From: Gemmatimonadota bacterium
GTDB taxonomy: Bacteria > Gemmatimonadota > Gemmatimonadetes > Gemmatimonadales > Gemmatimonadaceae
Assembly: GCA_026387915.1 (NCBI GenBank)
Contig: JAPLKS010000011.1
Span: forward strand, 97,145-161,144
Reading direction: 5' to 3'
DNA length: 64,000 nucleotides
In this document: positions 36,568 to 46,622 of the stretch, piece after piece
Layout: the number at the start of each line of letters is the position of its first letter
Numbering within the stretch: position 1 is the first letter of the stretch
Translations under genes and position numbers: made by a program
The notes under the pieces: generated by a model
The model's database searches: none
Told to the model about the DNA's origin: nothing
What the model saw: the letters and a program-made list of their open reading frames with translations, nothing else

Positions 36568-37737
36568 TCAGCGAGAATTAGGAGAGACAACGGACGGCTG
36601 CACGTCGCGCGCCTCAGCGCGCACCAGCCCATCGTGCAACTGCAGATCAAAGGGCATCCCCGGCGTAAACGCGGCCGCGCGACCAAGCGCGCGCCCATCG
36701 GCCCCCTTCGCCACCGCATAGCCGCGCGCCAGTGTGCCGAGCGGACTCAGTGCCTCGAGCCGGCCCGAGGCGTTCTGCACGCGCGCGCGACGCAGCTCCG
36801 TTGCGCGGCGCGCCCGCACCGAGAGATCGCGCGCGCGCTGCCGCAACACGACCGACGCATCGCGTACCCGCCGCACCGTGGCACCGCGAACCGTGCTACC
36901 GAGCGACCGCACGGCCTGCAGGAGTTCGGCGAGCACGGGCACCGCTGCCTCGGCCGCCGCGCTCGGCGTGGCCGCGCGCAAATCCGCCACGAGGTCCGCA
37001 ATACTGAAATCCACTTCGTGTCCCACCGCTGAGATCGTCGGCACGGGGCACGCCGCAATCGCACGCGCCACTCGTTCGTCGTTGAACGCCCACAAATCTT
37101 CGCGCGACCCGCCCCCGCGGCCCACAATGACGACGTCGGCACCGCCCCAACGGCCTACGCGTTCGATCGCCGCCACGAGCGAATCCGGCGCGGTCTCCCC
37201 CTGCACCGCCGCTGGCACCACCACCACGTTCACGAGCGGATTGCGCCGCTGAATTACCGACACCACATCGTGCAACGCCGCGCCGTCGGCACTGGTGACC
37301 ACGGCCACCGTGCGCGGGAAGAGCGGAATCGCGCGCTTGCGCGAGGGATCCAGCAGCCCGTCCTTCTCGAGTGCGGCGCGCGTTTGCTCAAACTGTTTGC
37401 GCCAGAGCCCCTCGCCCTCCGCTTCGAGCGAGGTGATCATGAACTGCATCTGTCCACGCGCCGGATACACCGAGAGGCGTCCACGCGCCATCACCTGCAT
37501 CCCTTCGTCCGGCGCTGCGGGCAGGCGTTTCACATCGCGCGCCCACACCACACACGAGAGCTGCGCGGTTTTGTCGCGCAACGTGAAGTACCAGTGCCCG
37601 TTGCCGTGCGCCTTGAAGTTGGTGACTTCGCCGCGAATCCAGAGCGCGTCAAAAGATCCCTCGAGGATCGCCTTCACCAGTTCGTTGAACTCGGCGACGG
37701 TGAACGCCTGCTCGGGGGATCCCCCGGGTGCGGTCAC
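36568..37737 (-). CDS. xseA: exodeoxyribonuclease VII large subunit
   Basis: [16 protein letters not shown]...[22 protein letters not shown]...[13 protein letters not shown]. Confidence 0.92.
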   Translation of the reverse strand: MTAPGGSPEQAFTVAEFNELVKAILEGSFDALWIRGEVTNFKAHGNGHWYFTLRDKTAQLSCVVWARDVKRLPAAPDEGMQVMARGRLSVYPARGQMQFMITSLEAEGEGLWRKQFEQTRAALEKDGLLDPSRKRAIPLFPRTVAVVTSADGAALHDVVSVIQRRNPLVNVVVVPAAVQGETAPDSLVAAIERVGRWGGADVVIVGRGGGSREDLWAFNDERVARAIAACPVPTISAVGHEVDFSIADLVADLRAATPSAAAEAAVPVLAELLQAVRSLGSTVRGATVRRVRDASVVLRQRARDLSVRARRATELRRARVQNASGRLEALSPLGTLARGYAVAKGADGRALGRAAAFTPGMPFDLQLHDGLVRAEARDVQPSVVSPNSR

Positions 37738-38603
37738 GCGCGCTGCTCCGCCGCGCGTACGGTGTTCTTGAGCAACATCGCGATGGTCATCGGGCCGACG
37801 CCTCCGGGCACTGGGGTGATCTGTGAGGCAACCTCAGAGACCGGCCCAAACGCCACATCGCCCACAATGCGGTACCCCTTCGGCGTGGACGGGTCCACCA
37901 CGCGATTGATGCCCACATCAATCACCACCGCCCCCGGCTTGACCATATCGGCCGTGAGAAACTCCGGCTTGCCAATGGCGGCAATGATCACGTCCGCCCG
38001 ACGCGTGTGCGACGCCAGATCCTTCGTGCGCGAATGGCATACCGTGACCGTCGCGCTCGCATTCACCAGCAGCGAGGTCATCGGCTTGCCGACAATCGTT
38101 GAGCGGCCAAGCACCACCACATCTTTGCCGGCCACCGACACGCCCGCACGCTCGAGTAGCACCATCACGCCCGCCGGCGTGCAGGGCGCGAATCCGGTGG
38201 ACTCGCCAATCCAGACGCGTCCGACATTCACCGGATGAAACCCGTCGACGTCCTTCTCTGGCGCGATGCGCAAAATCACCGACTGTGGGTCGATATGCTT
38301 GGGCACCGGCATCTGCACGAGAATGCCGTGCACCGTGTCATCCGCGTTAAGCTTGTCGATCAACGCGAGCAGCTCCGCCTGTGGCGTGTCGGCGGGCAAC
38401 CGAATGGTCTCCCCCTTCATGCCGGCGGCCACACACGCCTTTTCCTTGGACGACACGTACACCGCGCTCGCCGGATCATCACCGACCAACACCACCGTGA
38501 GCCCCGGCACCACGCCACGGGCAATCAGCACCGCCGCGTCGCGCCCAACTTCCTCACGGATTTCCTTGGCGACGGCCACGCCGTCAATGCGTTTAGCGAG
38601 CAA
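37734..38603 (-). CDS. folD: bifunctional methylenetetrahydrofolate dehydrogenase/cyclohydrolase
   Basis: [14 protein letters not shown]...GILVQMPVP...[12 protein letters not shown]...GGVGPMT. TTG 38603 gives a canonical N-terminus and avoids a 32-nt overlap with rny. Confidence 0.9.
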   Translation of the reverse strand: MLAKRIDGVAVAKEIREEVGRDAAVLIARGVVPGLTVVLVGDDPASAVYVSSKEKACVAAGMKGETIRLPADTPQAELLALIDKLNADDTVHGILVQMPVPKHIDPQSVILRIAPEKDVDGFHPVNVGRVWIGESTGFAPCTPAGVMVLLERAGVSVAGKDVVVLGRSTIVGKPMTSLLVNASATVTVCHSRTKDLASHTRRADVIIAAIGKPEFLTADMVKPGAVVIDVGINRVVDPSTPKGYRIVGDVAFGPVSEVASQITPVPGGVGPMTIAMLLKNTVRAAEQRA

Positions 38604-40182
38604 TGTCCATGGACCTCTTTTCACGGATCGCTACGACCTTGATCTGACCCGGATATTGCAACTCGGTCTCGACCCGGCGAGCGATCTCCTCGGTGAGTGT
38701 CTGCATGCGCACGTCGTCCACCTCGTCCGGATTGACGATTACGCGCACTTCGCGCCCGGCCTGAATCGCAAACACACGATCCACGCCTTTGTAGCTCGAC
38801 GCAATTTTCTCCAACCCTTCGAGCCGCTTGACGTACGTCTCAAACGCCTCGCGACGCGCGCCGGGACGTGATCCCGAAATCGCATCGGCCGCCTGCACCA
38901 GCACGCTAATCTCGCTCTCGTGTGGCACGTCGTCGTGGTGCGCCGCAATGCAGTTCACAATCAGGGGGTGCTCACCGTACTTGGTGGCCACTTCCACACC
39001 CAACTGCACGTGCGTCCCCTCGTGCTCGTGCGTGAGCACTTTACCAATGTCGTGCAGGAGCGCGCCGCGGCGGGCCATCGCCGCATCGAGGCCAAGTTCC
39101 TCGGCCATCATCGAGGCCAGCCACGCCACTTCCTTGGAATGCTGCAGAATGTTCTGCCCATAGCTCGTACGCCACTTCATGCGCCCGATGAGCTTGATCA
39201 CTTCGTGGTGGAGACCATGCACGTTGGATTCGTAGGCCGCCTGCTCGCCGGTCTCGATGATCCCCGCGTCCACTTCCTTGCGTGACTTTTCGACCACCTC
39301 TTCGATGCGACCGGGGTGGATGCGTCCGTCGGCGACGAGCTTCTCGAGCGCGAGCCGCGCGACTTCACGGCGCACTGGGTCGAAACAGCTCACCACCACC
39401 GTGTCTGGCGTGTCGTCAATAATCAGATCGACACCCGTCGCCAATTCAAAGGCGCGAATGTTGCGCCCTTCGCGGCCGATAATACGCCCCTTCATCTCGT
39501 CCTTGGGGAGCGACACCGCGCTGACCGTAATCTCCGCCGTGTGTTCGGCGGCAATCCGCTGCACGGCGAGCGCCACAATCTTCTTGGCCTCGCGGTCGGC
39601 GGTGCGTTTGGCGGTGTCACGAATTTCGCGCAGACGATTGGCGGCGTCGGCGTGCGCTTCTTCTTCGAGGCGCCGCACCAACTCGGCCTTGGCTTCCTGC
39701 GCGGAGAGACCCGCCAACTGCTCGAGCCGACGACGCTCCTCGCTCACCATTTTGTCGAGTTCGGCCTGTTTGTCCTCCACCGCCTTTTCCTTGCGGCCGA
39801 GATCGCTGGCCCGACGCCCGAGGTCCTTGTCGCGATTCTCGATCACGTCGACCTTGCGGTCGATGGTCGTTTCGCGCTCCTGGAGCCGCTTTTCCTCGCG
39901 CTCAATTTCGTCACGGCGACGCCGTGCCTCGGTCTCCCACTCTTCGCGGGCGCGCATCGCCTCTTCCTTGCCGGCGAGCACCGCCTGCTTGCGGAGGCCG
40001 TCGGCGTCGCGTTCTGCGTCACCGACAATGCGCTTGGCAATTTGATCCGCCGAATCTCCGGCGGAACGGCGGGCCAACTCCTCGGCCTCGCGCCCTGACT
40101 TACGACCAACAAAAAAGGCGATTGCGGAGCCGGCAACACCAGACGCGCCGAGCCCGATCGCCAACCAGATCAAGGGATCCAT
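38593..40182 (-). CDS. rny: ribonuclease Y
   Basis: N-terminal TM helix, coiled coil, KH domain ([12 protein letters not shown]) and HD domain (LLHDIGK). ATG 40182 with a GGAG SD. Confidence 0.92.
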   Translation of the reverse strand: MDPLIWLAIGLGASGVAGSAIAFFVGRKSGREAEELARRSAGDSADQIAKRIVGDAERDADGLRKQAVLAGKEEAMRAREEWETEARRRRDEIEREEKRLQERETTIDRKVDVIENRDKDLGRRASDLGRKEKAVEDKQAELDKMVSEERRRLEQLAGLSAQEAKAELVRRLEEEAHADAANRLREIRDTAKRTADREAKKIVALAVQRIAAEHTAEITVSAVSLPKDEMKGRIIGREGRNIRAFELATGVDLIIDDTPDTVVVSCFDPVRREVARLALEKLVADGRIHPGRIEEVVEKSRKEVDAGIIETGEQAAYESNVHGLHHEVIKLIGRMKWRTSYGQNILQHSKEVAWLASMMAEELGLDAAMARRGALLHDIGKVLTHEHEGTHVQLGVEVATKYGEHPLIVNCIAAHHDDVPHESEISVLVQAADAISGSRPGARREAFETYVKRLEGLEKIASSYKGVDRVFAIQAGREVRVIVNPDEVDDVRMQTLTEEIARRVETELQYPGQIKVVAIREKRSMDIAR

Positions 40183-40429
40183 AAGTTCATATACTCCAAG
40201 GCGAAGCACCGCGCGATTCTGACCCGCGCATGCATCGCAATCAATAAAGGAACTGCCGGGGAGCACATGTGCGCACAGCCCAAACCCGCGGTTCCAAGAC
40301 CACCCGGTTCGGCGCCGTCGTAGGGCGCGTAACGGGATGGGCTAAGTACTGCGGCGACTTGAACCTACGCGATCATCTCTCCCACACTTTAGAAACTACG
40401 CGCCCCTGCCGAAAATCGCAATTGGACAC

Positions 40430-41008
40430 GTGGATGCTTTCGCCGGACGTTCGGGGGAGTTGTTGGCCTCAGGATGGTGCGTCAGACTCACGGACGAGGT
40501 GACGCAGGCTGATAGGCCACGAGGCTGTAAGTCCTTTGCTGTCTTCACGTTGACTCTGGAGCACGCCGTGCCGTTCGAGCAAGGAAGCCCGACTGCCAGC
40601 GACATCGTTCTACCGCCCGCCCAAACGCAGCGCCCTGAGGGCGCTCGCGGGGTCGTCTTGGTTATTGATGACGAATCGGGTGTGCTCGGTGCCGTAGGGC
40701 GTATTCTCACCAAGTTCGGTTACCGTCCCCTTTTGGCGCTCGACGGCGTCGAAGGGCTCCGACTCTTCAACGAGCACGCCGACGAAATAGACGTCGTGGT
40801 GCTCGACTGGCACCTCCCAGCCCAATCCGGCCAGGACACGCTCGCGGCGCTACGAAGCCGTCAGCCCGATGTTCGGGTGGTGCTCGCCACCGGTGACCAC
40901 GACGCCGAACTGACGTCGCTGGAGCGCACCCACATCGCTTGTCTGCTTCTCAAACCGTTTTCGGTTGCGGAGCTCATGATGGCGGTCGGAACGCTCGCGG
41001 CCGCGTAG
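40430..41008 (+). CDS. stand-alone response-regulator receiver (CheY-like) protein; start uncertain
   Basis: VLVIDDE...VVVLDWHLP...VVLATG...LLKPF. The true start may be the GTG near 40568, which is preceded by GGAG. Confidence 0.75.
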   Translation: MDAFAGRSGELLASGWCVRLTDEVTQADRPRGCKSFAVFTLTLEHAVPFEQGSPTASDIVLPPAQTQRPEGARGVVLVIDDESGVLGAVGRILTKFGYRPLLALDGVEGLRLFNEHADEIDVVVLDWHLPAQSGQDTLAALRSRQPDVRVVLATGDHDAELTSLERTHIACLLLKPFSVAELMMAVGTLAAA

Positions 41009-41018
41009 CGGGGCTGAT

Positions 41019-41315
41019 TTAGGCGCCGCGTTTGGCGGGCGGGAGCCAGCGGCGCAGTTCGCCCGAGAGCGCTTCCATTTGCTGCGCCATCTCAACGTTG
41101 CCCGCGCGCTCCTTGAACAGCGCATCGGTGATCGAGAGCGCGGCGAGAATGGCCGCGCGATTCGCATCCACCACGGCTCCGCTGGCCATCACGCCGCGAA
41201 TCGCCTGATCCACGTGATCCGCCACCGCTCGCGTGTGCTCCGGCGTGGCGTCGCTCTTGATGGTGTACTCTTCGCCGTAGATGCTGATTTTGGTGCTGTG
41301 CTTGGGCGCGCTCAT
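41019..41315 (-). CDS. zapA: cell division protein ZapA
   Basis: KISIYGEEYTIKSDATPEHTRAVADHVDQAI. Confidence 0.85.
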   Translation of the reverse strand: MSAPKHSTKISIYGEEYTIKSDATPEHTRAVADHVDQAIRGVMASGAVVDANRAAILAALSITDALFKERAGNVEMAQQMEALSGELRRWLPPAKRGA

Positions 41316-41608
41316 CGCGGATCCCCCACCTGCTGCTGGCGCAGGAACCGCACGCGATCGAGCATGCGGCGCGCGCGTTCCGCCGCCGTGTCGAGCCGCG
41401 CGCGCAGCCGGGCATTCTCCGCCTCGAGCTGCGCCACACGCTCCTCCGCCGCTTCGTCACCACCACCACCCTTCGTGGCAATCGCTTTGAGCCGCGACTC
41501 TGCCGTCAGCGCGCGCTTACGGAACGTGGCCAACTCCTCGCCCACATTGCGGACGAGCTGCTCCAACTCGCGGAACGCTTTCGCGTCAGGCCGTACGGGG
41601 GACGACAT
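41312..41608 (-). CDS. small coiled-coil protein (ZapB-like?) coupled to zapA
   Basis: 98 aa with heptad-like, Glu/Arg/Leu-rich sequence. ATGA-type overlap with zapA. Confidence 0.6.
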   Translation of the reverse strand: MSSPVRPDAKAFRELEQLVRNVGEELATFRKRALTAESRLKAIATKGGGGDEAAEERVAQLEAENARLRARLDTAAERARRMLDRVRFLRQQQVGDPR

Positions 41609-44036
41609 TCAGTTTCTGCTCCAACGTCTTGAGCAACTGGGACCGACGTCCGTCGATCTCCTTGTCGCGTAGAGTGCGCTCCGGATGGCGGAAGGTCAAC
41701 CGCCACGCCAACGACCGCTTCCCCGCGGGCACGCCGGTGCCGCGGAATTCGTCAAACAGCACCAGGCGCTCGAGCATGTCGCCACTCGCGTCCCGAATGA
41801 CCGCCTCCACCTCGGCGGCATCAAGGGCGTCGGGCACCAAGAGCGCCAGATCAAAGTCGGCGGCTGGCGTCACCGGCAACGGCAGGTAGCGCAACGGCAC
41901 ACCCGCGGCCGAGGCTGGGCGCGGCGCGTCATAGTTGTGCGTACCCGGCGGTGCCACATACGCGGCCGACATCTCGCCGAGCGTGAGTTCAATCCCGAAT
42001 GTCGCCGCCGCCCATGCGGGCGCGTCGAGCGTCAGCTGCCCAACCACACCCACACGCGTTCCATCCACCTCAACGCGCCAGAGCGGCGTCAGCGCGCCAG
42101 CCGCTTCCCCTTCCGGCTTGACCAATGCAACGCGTGCGCCCGGCCAGGCGGCGCGCGCCATCACCTCGGCGAGGGCCTTGGCGTCCCACGCGTCGAACAC
42201 CGGCGGCTGCGGTTCCGTGAAGTGCACGGGACGACGCAAACCCATGAGCAGCGCCCCCACGCGAATCTCTTCGCGAACGAGTGCCGCGCCGTCCTTGATG
42301 AACGACGTCCCAACCTCGAACAGCCGCAAGTTGCCCTGCATGCGCGAGAGGTTATACTCGGCCCGTCGTGACAGCGTCTCCACGAGGGAGGTGCGCAGGA
42401 ACGGTTCGTCGTTGGCAAGCGGATTGTCCACGCGCACGAGCGAATCATCGTCGGAGCGCGTGTACGGGAGCGGTTTTGTTTCGAGCAATCCGGCGGCAGT
42501 GAGTGCGTCACGCACTCGGACCGACACCACATGCAACGGATGATCCGGCACCGTGCCGGGGCGCGCGCCCACGAGTGTGTCGGGGAGTCGGTCGTAGCCG
42601 CGCAGACGTGCGACGTCTTCAATCAAATCCACGTCGCGCGACACATCATGGCGCCACGACGGTGGCGTCACGGCGTACACGCCGGCACTGGCTTCGACCA
42701 TCGCGAACCCGATACCCGTCAGCAGTGCTCGCGTTTCGGTAGCAGGAATGGAGTCGCCGAGCAAACGAGAAACGCGCGCCGCATCGAGTGACACCGCTGT
42801 ACGGGGCGCCGGCGCCGCGCCGACAGACAGCACGGACTCGACCGTTGCACCAGCAAGGCGCGCAATCAGCCCGGCGCACAGGCGCGCCATCTCGCCGGTC
42901 GCGACATCATCAATGCCGCGCTCAAAACGATAGCTCGCGTCGGACGACATCCCCAGCGCACGCCGCGTGGCGCGCACCAGCGGCGCAGAGAAACTCGCCA
43001 CCTCGAGCAGGATGTCGGTCGTTGTGTCGGTCACTTCACTGTCGCGTCCGCCCATGACGCCCGCAATCGCAATGGCGCGATCGGCGTCGGCAATCACCAG
43101 CATCTCCGGCGTGAGCTTGCGCTCTGCGCCATCGAGTGTGACCAGCGTCTCCCCCGCCTTCGCGCGACGCACGACAACCGTGTGACGCGAGAGCTTGGCG
43201 AGATCGAACGCGTGCGTGGGCTGGCCAAAACCGTGCAGCACGTAGTTGGTGGCGTCCACCACGTTGTTAATCGACCGCGACCCAATGGCCTCGAGCCGCT
43301 TCACGAGCCATTCCGGACTCGGACCCACCTTCACGCCGCGAATGACCACGGCGAAATAGCGCGGCGCACCGATGAGGTCCTCAATGCGGACCGTGATACC
43401 ACCGACACTCGCCTCCGACGCGCCCGACGCCGCGGGCGCCGGCACCGGCGCGAGCGTATCGAGTTCCTCGGGGAGTCGGTGCGCGATTCCCGTGAGCGCT
43501 GCGACTTCGCGCGCCACGCCAAGATGCGAGAGCAAGTCAGGACGATTCGGCAATACATCCACTTCGAGCACCACATCCGAGAGCGGCAACACCTCGAGCA
43601 ACGGCGTCCCCGGCGCGGCGTCCGTGTCGAGCGCGAGAATACCGTCATGCTCCTCGCCCAACCCGAGTTCGCGCGCCGAACAGAGCATGCCGTTGGAGGT
43701 GAAACCGCGAATCTTTTTCTTTTCGATCGTGAAGCCCGCAGGCATCAGCGTGCCACTGCGCGCAAACGGATAGATCGTGCCCACCGTCACATTCGGCGCG
43801 CCGCACACCACCTCGAGCAACGTGCCGCTCCCGTCGTCCACTTTATTGAACGAGAGTTTGGTGTCAGGAATCTTTTCGCTTTCCACCACGCGAGCCACCA
43901 CGAAGGGCGCCAGGTCAGCGCGCGTGCGCGAGAGCCCCTCCACCGTCGCCACATGCGCAGTGAGAAGATCGCGCAGCTGCTCAGGGGTGAGCGTATGCGG
44001 AAGGAATGCCTTGAGCCAACCGTGCGAGATGTTCAT
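41586..44036 (-). CDS. pheT: phenylalanine--tRNA ligase beta subunit
   Basis: MNISHGWLKAFLP..., tRNA-binding domain, B3/4 and B5 regions. 816 aa. Confidence 0.93.
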   Translation of the reverse strand: MNISHGWLKAFLPHTLTPEQLRDLLTAHVATVEGLSRTRADLAPFVVARVVESEKIPDTKLSFNKVDDGSGTLLEVVCGAPNVTVGTIYPFARSGTLMPAGFTIEKKKIRGFTSNGMLCSARELGLGEEHDGILALDTDAAPGTPLLEVLPLSDVVLEVDVLPNRPDLLSHLGVAREVAALTGIAHRLPEELDTLAPVPAPAASGASEASVGGITVRIEDLIGAPRYFAVVIRGVKVGPSPEWLVKRLEAIGSRSINNVVDATNYVLHGFGQPTHAFDLAKLSRHTVVVRRAKAGETLVTLDGAERKLTPEMLVIADADRAIAIAGVMGGRDSEVTDTTTDILLEVASFSAPLVRATRRALGMSSDASYRFERGIDDVATGEMARLCAGLIARLAGATVESVLSVGAAPAPRTAVSLDAARVSRLLGDSIPATETRALLTGIGFAMVEASAGVYAVTPPSWRHDVSRDVDLIEDVARLRGYDRLPDTLVGARPGTVPDHPLHVVSVRVRDALTAAGLLETKPLPYTRSDDDSLVRVDNPLANDEPFLRTSLVETLSRRAEYNLSRMQGNLRLFEVGTSFIKDGAALVREEIRVGALLMGLRRPVHFTEPQPPVFDAWDAKALAEVMARAAWPGARVALVKPEGEAAGALTPLWRVEVDGTRVGVVGQLTLDAPAWAAATFGIELTLGEMSAAYVAPPGTHNYDAPRPASAAGVPLRYLPLPVTPAADFDLALLVPDALDAAEVEAVIRDASGDMLERLVLFDEFRGTGVPAGKRSLAWRLTFRHPERTLRDKEIDGRRSQLLKTLEQKLNVVPRTA

Positions 44037-45064
44037 CGGGAGAACTGCTCCAAAAAGCGCACGTCAGAATCGTAGAGAATGCGAATGTCGGGAATGCCGT
44101 GGCGCGCGAGTGCGGTGCGCCCCGGCCCAAGGCCAAAGGCCCAGCCGGTAAAGCGCGTGCTGTCGAGCCCCGCGCTCTCCAGCACCGCCGGATGCACGAG
44201 CCCGCTGCCGAGAATCTCAATCCAGCCGGACTGCTTACAGACCGAGCACCCCGATCCGCCGCACACACCGCAGCTCACGTCCATTTCGGCACTGGGTTCC
44301 GTGAACGGAAAATACGACGGGCGGAAACGAGTTTTGGTGCCCGGGCCAAAGAAGCGGCGCGCGAAGTGCGAGAGCGTGGCCTTGAGATCGGCAAAGGTGA
44401 TCCCTTCGTCCACAACGAGTCCTTCGACCTGCGCAAAGGCCGGCGCGTGCGACGCGTCAAACGGATCGCGACGGTGCACGGTACCAGGAATCAGTACGCG
44501 CACCGGCGGCGGATAGGCTTGGAGCGTGCGCACTTGCACCGGTGACGTATGCGTGCGCAGCACGGTGTCTTTGCCGAGGTACAGGGTGTCGTGCAAATCC
44601 ATGGCCGGATGATCGGCCGGAAAGTTGAGCGCGCCAAAGTTATACCACGCGTGTTCGGCTTCGGGGCCAAGGGCCACGGTGAAGCCCAACTCGCGGAAGA
44701 TCTCGATAATCTCATCCACCACGAGCGTCACCGGATGCCGCGCGCCTTGCCAGGTGGCGCGTGCCGGCATGGTACCATCGATCTGCGGGCCCGTGCCGCG
44801 CGCGGTAGCCAACTCGGCTTGCCGTTCGTCGAGGAGCCGCTCGAGTTCCACCTTCACGGCGTTGGCGGCCTGCCCTGCCACGCGGCGGTCTTCCTTGGGG
44901 ATTTCGCCGAGCGTTCCCATGATGGCGGTCAGGCGCCCGGCGGTGCGTCCCACGAGGTCGTTGCGCACCGCCGTCCACGCGTCGAGCGAGTCGGCGGCAG
45001 CGATACGCGCGGGGGCTTCGGCGGCGAGTGCCGAACAGGCGGAAGTGAAGTCGTCGAGAGTCAC
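44033..45064 (-). CDS. pheS: phenylalanine--tRNA ligase alpha subunit
   Basis: HPVT...FRPSYFPFTEPSAEMDV...GWAFGLGPGR. GTG start. Confidence 0.93.
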   Translation of the reverse strand: MTLDDFTSACSALAAEAPARIAAADSLDAWTAVRNDLVGRTAGRLTAIMGTLGEIPKEDRRVAGQAANAVKVELERLLDERQAELATARGTGPQIDGTMPARATWQGARHPVTLVVDEIIEIFRELGFTVALGPEAEHAWYNFGALNFPADHPAMDLHDTLYLGKDTVLRTHTSPVQVRTLQAYPPPVRVLIPGTVHRRDPFDASHAPAFAQVEGLVVDEGITFADLKATLSHFARRFFGPGTKTRFRPSYFPFTEPSAEMDVSCGVCGGSGCSVCKQSGWIEILGSGLVHPAVLESAGLDSTRFTGWAFGLGPGRTALARHGIPDIRILYDSDVRFLEQFSR

Positions 45065-45165
45065 GGGATGGGTCGGTCGACGTGAGTGCGGCGTGGCGAC
45101 GGTGGTCAGTCGTTCTCGGTTGACCGTTAACGGTTAACCGAAAACCGTCAACGTCAGTAGTCGTG

Positions 45166-45211
45166 CCTGTTAAACTAACGAGCGGCAGCGTGCCGAGGCA
45201 CGCTGCCGCTC
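45166..45211 (-). terminator. terminator hairpin after rplT
   Basis: Perfect 15-bp stem gagcggcagcgtgcc/ggcacgctgccgctc (45180-45194 / 45197-45211), followed on the minus strand by GUUAGUUUAA. Confidence 0.7.
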
Positions 45212-45231
45212 ATCGAAACTAGTGCGAAACC

Positions 45232-45594
45232 TTACGCAGCAGCGAGAGCGGCGCGCGCCTTTTCGGCGAGCAGCGTAAACGCGGCCGGGTCGGAAATCGC
45301 CAGGTCGGAAAGGATCTTACGATCCACTTCGATACCGGCCTTCTTGAGGCCGTGCATGAAGGTGTTGTAGCTCATTTCGTGCGCGTGGGCCGCCGCGTTG
45401 ATGCGGATGATCCACAGCTTCCGGAAATCGCGCTTCTTCGCCTTACGATCCCGGTAGGCATAGACCCAACCGCGCTCGACGGTTTCCTTTGCGGCCTTCC
45501 AGAGCTTGCTGCGTCCGCCAAAGGCACCCTTGGCGGCCTTCATGACCTGCTTCTTACGCTTGAGGCGTACGACGTTCGATTTTACGCGTGGCAT
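45232..45594 (-). CDS. rplT: 50S ribosomal protein L20
   Basis: MPRVKSNVVRLKRKKQVMKAAKG...YRDRKAKKRDFR. Confidence 0.95.
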   Translation of the reverse strand: MPRVKSNVVRLKRKKQVMKAAKGAFGGRSKLWKAAKETVERGWVYAYRDRKAKKRDFRKLWIIRINAAAHAHEMSYNTFMHGLKKAGIEVDRKILSDLAISDPAAFTLLAEKARAALAAA

Positions 45595-45605
45595 AGTCGG
45601 TCTCC

Positions 45606-45803
45606 TTAGGCCTGCAGCAGGCGTCTGAGGTTCTTCGCCTCACCGTTCGTCTTGACCGTAGTCGGACGACGGAGCTGCCGCTTCCGCTTGGAAGTCTTCT
45701 TCGTGAGGATGTGGCTCTTGTAAGCCTTCAGGCGGCGAACCTTGCCCTTGGCGGTCACAGAGAAGCGCTTCTTTGCGCCCTTGTGGGTCTTCATCTTTGG
45801 CAT
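45606..45803 (-). CDS. rpmI: 50S ribosomal protein L35
   Basis: [24 protein letters not shown]. Confidence 0.95.
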   Translation of the reverse strand: MPKMKTHKGAKKRFSVTAKGKVRRLKAYKSHILTKKTSKRKRQLRRPTTVKTNGEAKNLRRLLQA

Positions 45804-45817
45804 AACACGCGCCTCGC

Positions 45818-46336
45818 TTATTTCGGCGTGAGAATCATGGTCAGGGCCTTTCCTTCCAGCCGCGCATCGGTCTCGATCTTTGCGATGTCGGCCAAGGCCT
45901 GGGCTACCCGCTCGACCACCGCACGCCCAAGCTCGGGATGCGCGATCTGGCGGCCTCGAAACATCAGCGTCACCTTCACCTTGTTCCCTTCTTCGATGAA
46001 GGTGCGCGCATGGCGCGTCTTCGTGTCGAAGTCGTGAATCTCAATGCCGGGACGGTACTTCACTTCCTTGAGCAGAATCACATGCTGCTTCTTTTTGGCG
46101 ATCCGGGCCTGCTTCGCCATTTCGAACTTGTACTTGCCGAAGTCCATGATGCGGACAACGGGCGGTCGTGCCGCTGCGGCGACCTCGACGAGATCGAGTC
46201 CCAACTCCACCGCTTGTGACAGCGCGACGTCTACTTCCATGATGCCGAGCTGCGAACCATCGGCGCCGATTACGCGAACCGGGCTGATGCGGATCTGTCG
46301 ATTGACGCGGGGGCCCCGCTTCGTGGTGTCCTGAAT
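45818..46336 (-). CDS. infC: translation initiation factor IF-3, ATT start codon
   Basis: The frame extends upstream of track ORF 45818..46240 as [38 protein letters not shown] at 46336-46334 lies 7 nt after the AGGAG SD. Confidence 0.88.
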   Translation of the reverse strand: MQDTTKRGPRVNRQIRISPVRVIGADGSQLGIMEVDVALSQAVELGLDLVEVAAAARPPVVRIMDFGKYKFEMAKQARIAKKKQHVILLKEVKYRPGIEIHDFDTKTRHARTFIEEGNKVKVTLMFRGRQIAHPELGRAVVERVAQALADIAKIETDARLEGKALTMILTPK

Positions 46337-46353
46337 GACCAGTCTCCTCTAGA

Positions 46354-46394
46354 CGACGAAAACAAAATCGCGGACCCTGTTCGGAGTCCGCGAT
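46354..46394 (-). terminator. terminator-like hairpin + U-tract directly upstream of the infC SD (candidate attenuator)
   Basis: Minus strand reads AUCGCGGAC-UCCGAACAGG-GUCCGCGAU followed by UUUUGUUUU. An upstream 8-mer GGAGUCCG (plus 46444-46451) is complementary to the 5' arm. Confidence 0.6.
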
Positions 46395-46622
46395 ACGAGA
46401 CCGCCCGCGCAACCCATACGGAGGGCGACGTGGCGAGGCGTTTCGGACTCCTGCAGCTCGACGCCGCGTGACGCGGTGAAGGCCAAAGGGTGGATCGGGC
46501 CGCGAAGCCCAATCGCTTATCTTCGATTATCCGCTAAGCCTAAGCGAGCGAGGGCCTTGGGGCAAGGGGCCGAGGCGTATTCGCCCCGAGCCCGAGCAGC
46601 TCCCCAGCAACCGTTTTAGCGG

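Noticed and set aside
40440-40500. Two short hairpins containing GGACG, considered as a guanidine-II (mini-ykkC) riboswitch
   Set aside because: The loops do not fit the ACGR tetraloop with a closing C-G pair (the first is ACGT, and the second stem has a G-G mismatch). The downstream gene is a response regulator rather than a guanidine transporter or carboxylase. The region may in fact be coding.
41009-41018. 6S RNA (ssrS) downstream of zapA, as in enterobacteria
   Set aside because: Only 10 nt separate the zapA stop from the convergent response-regulator stop, so there is no room for an RNA gene.
45065-45180. T-box or Phe-leader-peptide attenuator upstream of pheS
   Set aside because: I could find no specifier loop or T-box sequence, no short Phe-rich ORF, and no terminator directly before pheS. 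Only the nested palindrome is reported as a finding.
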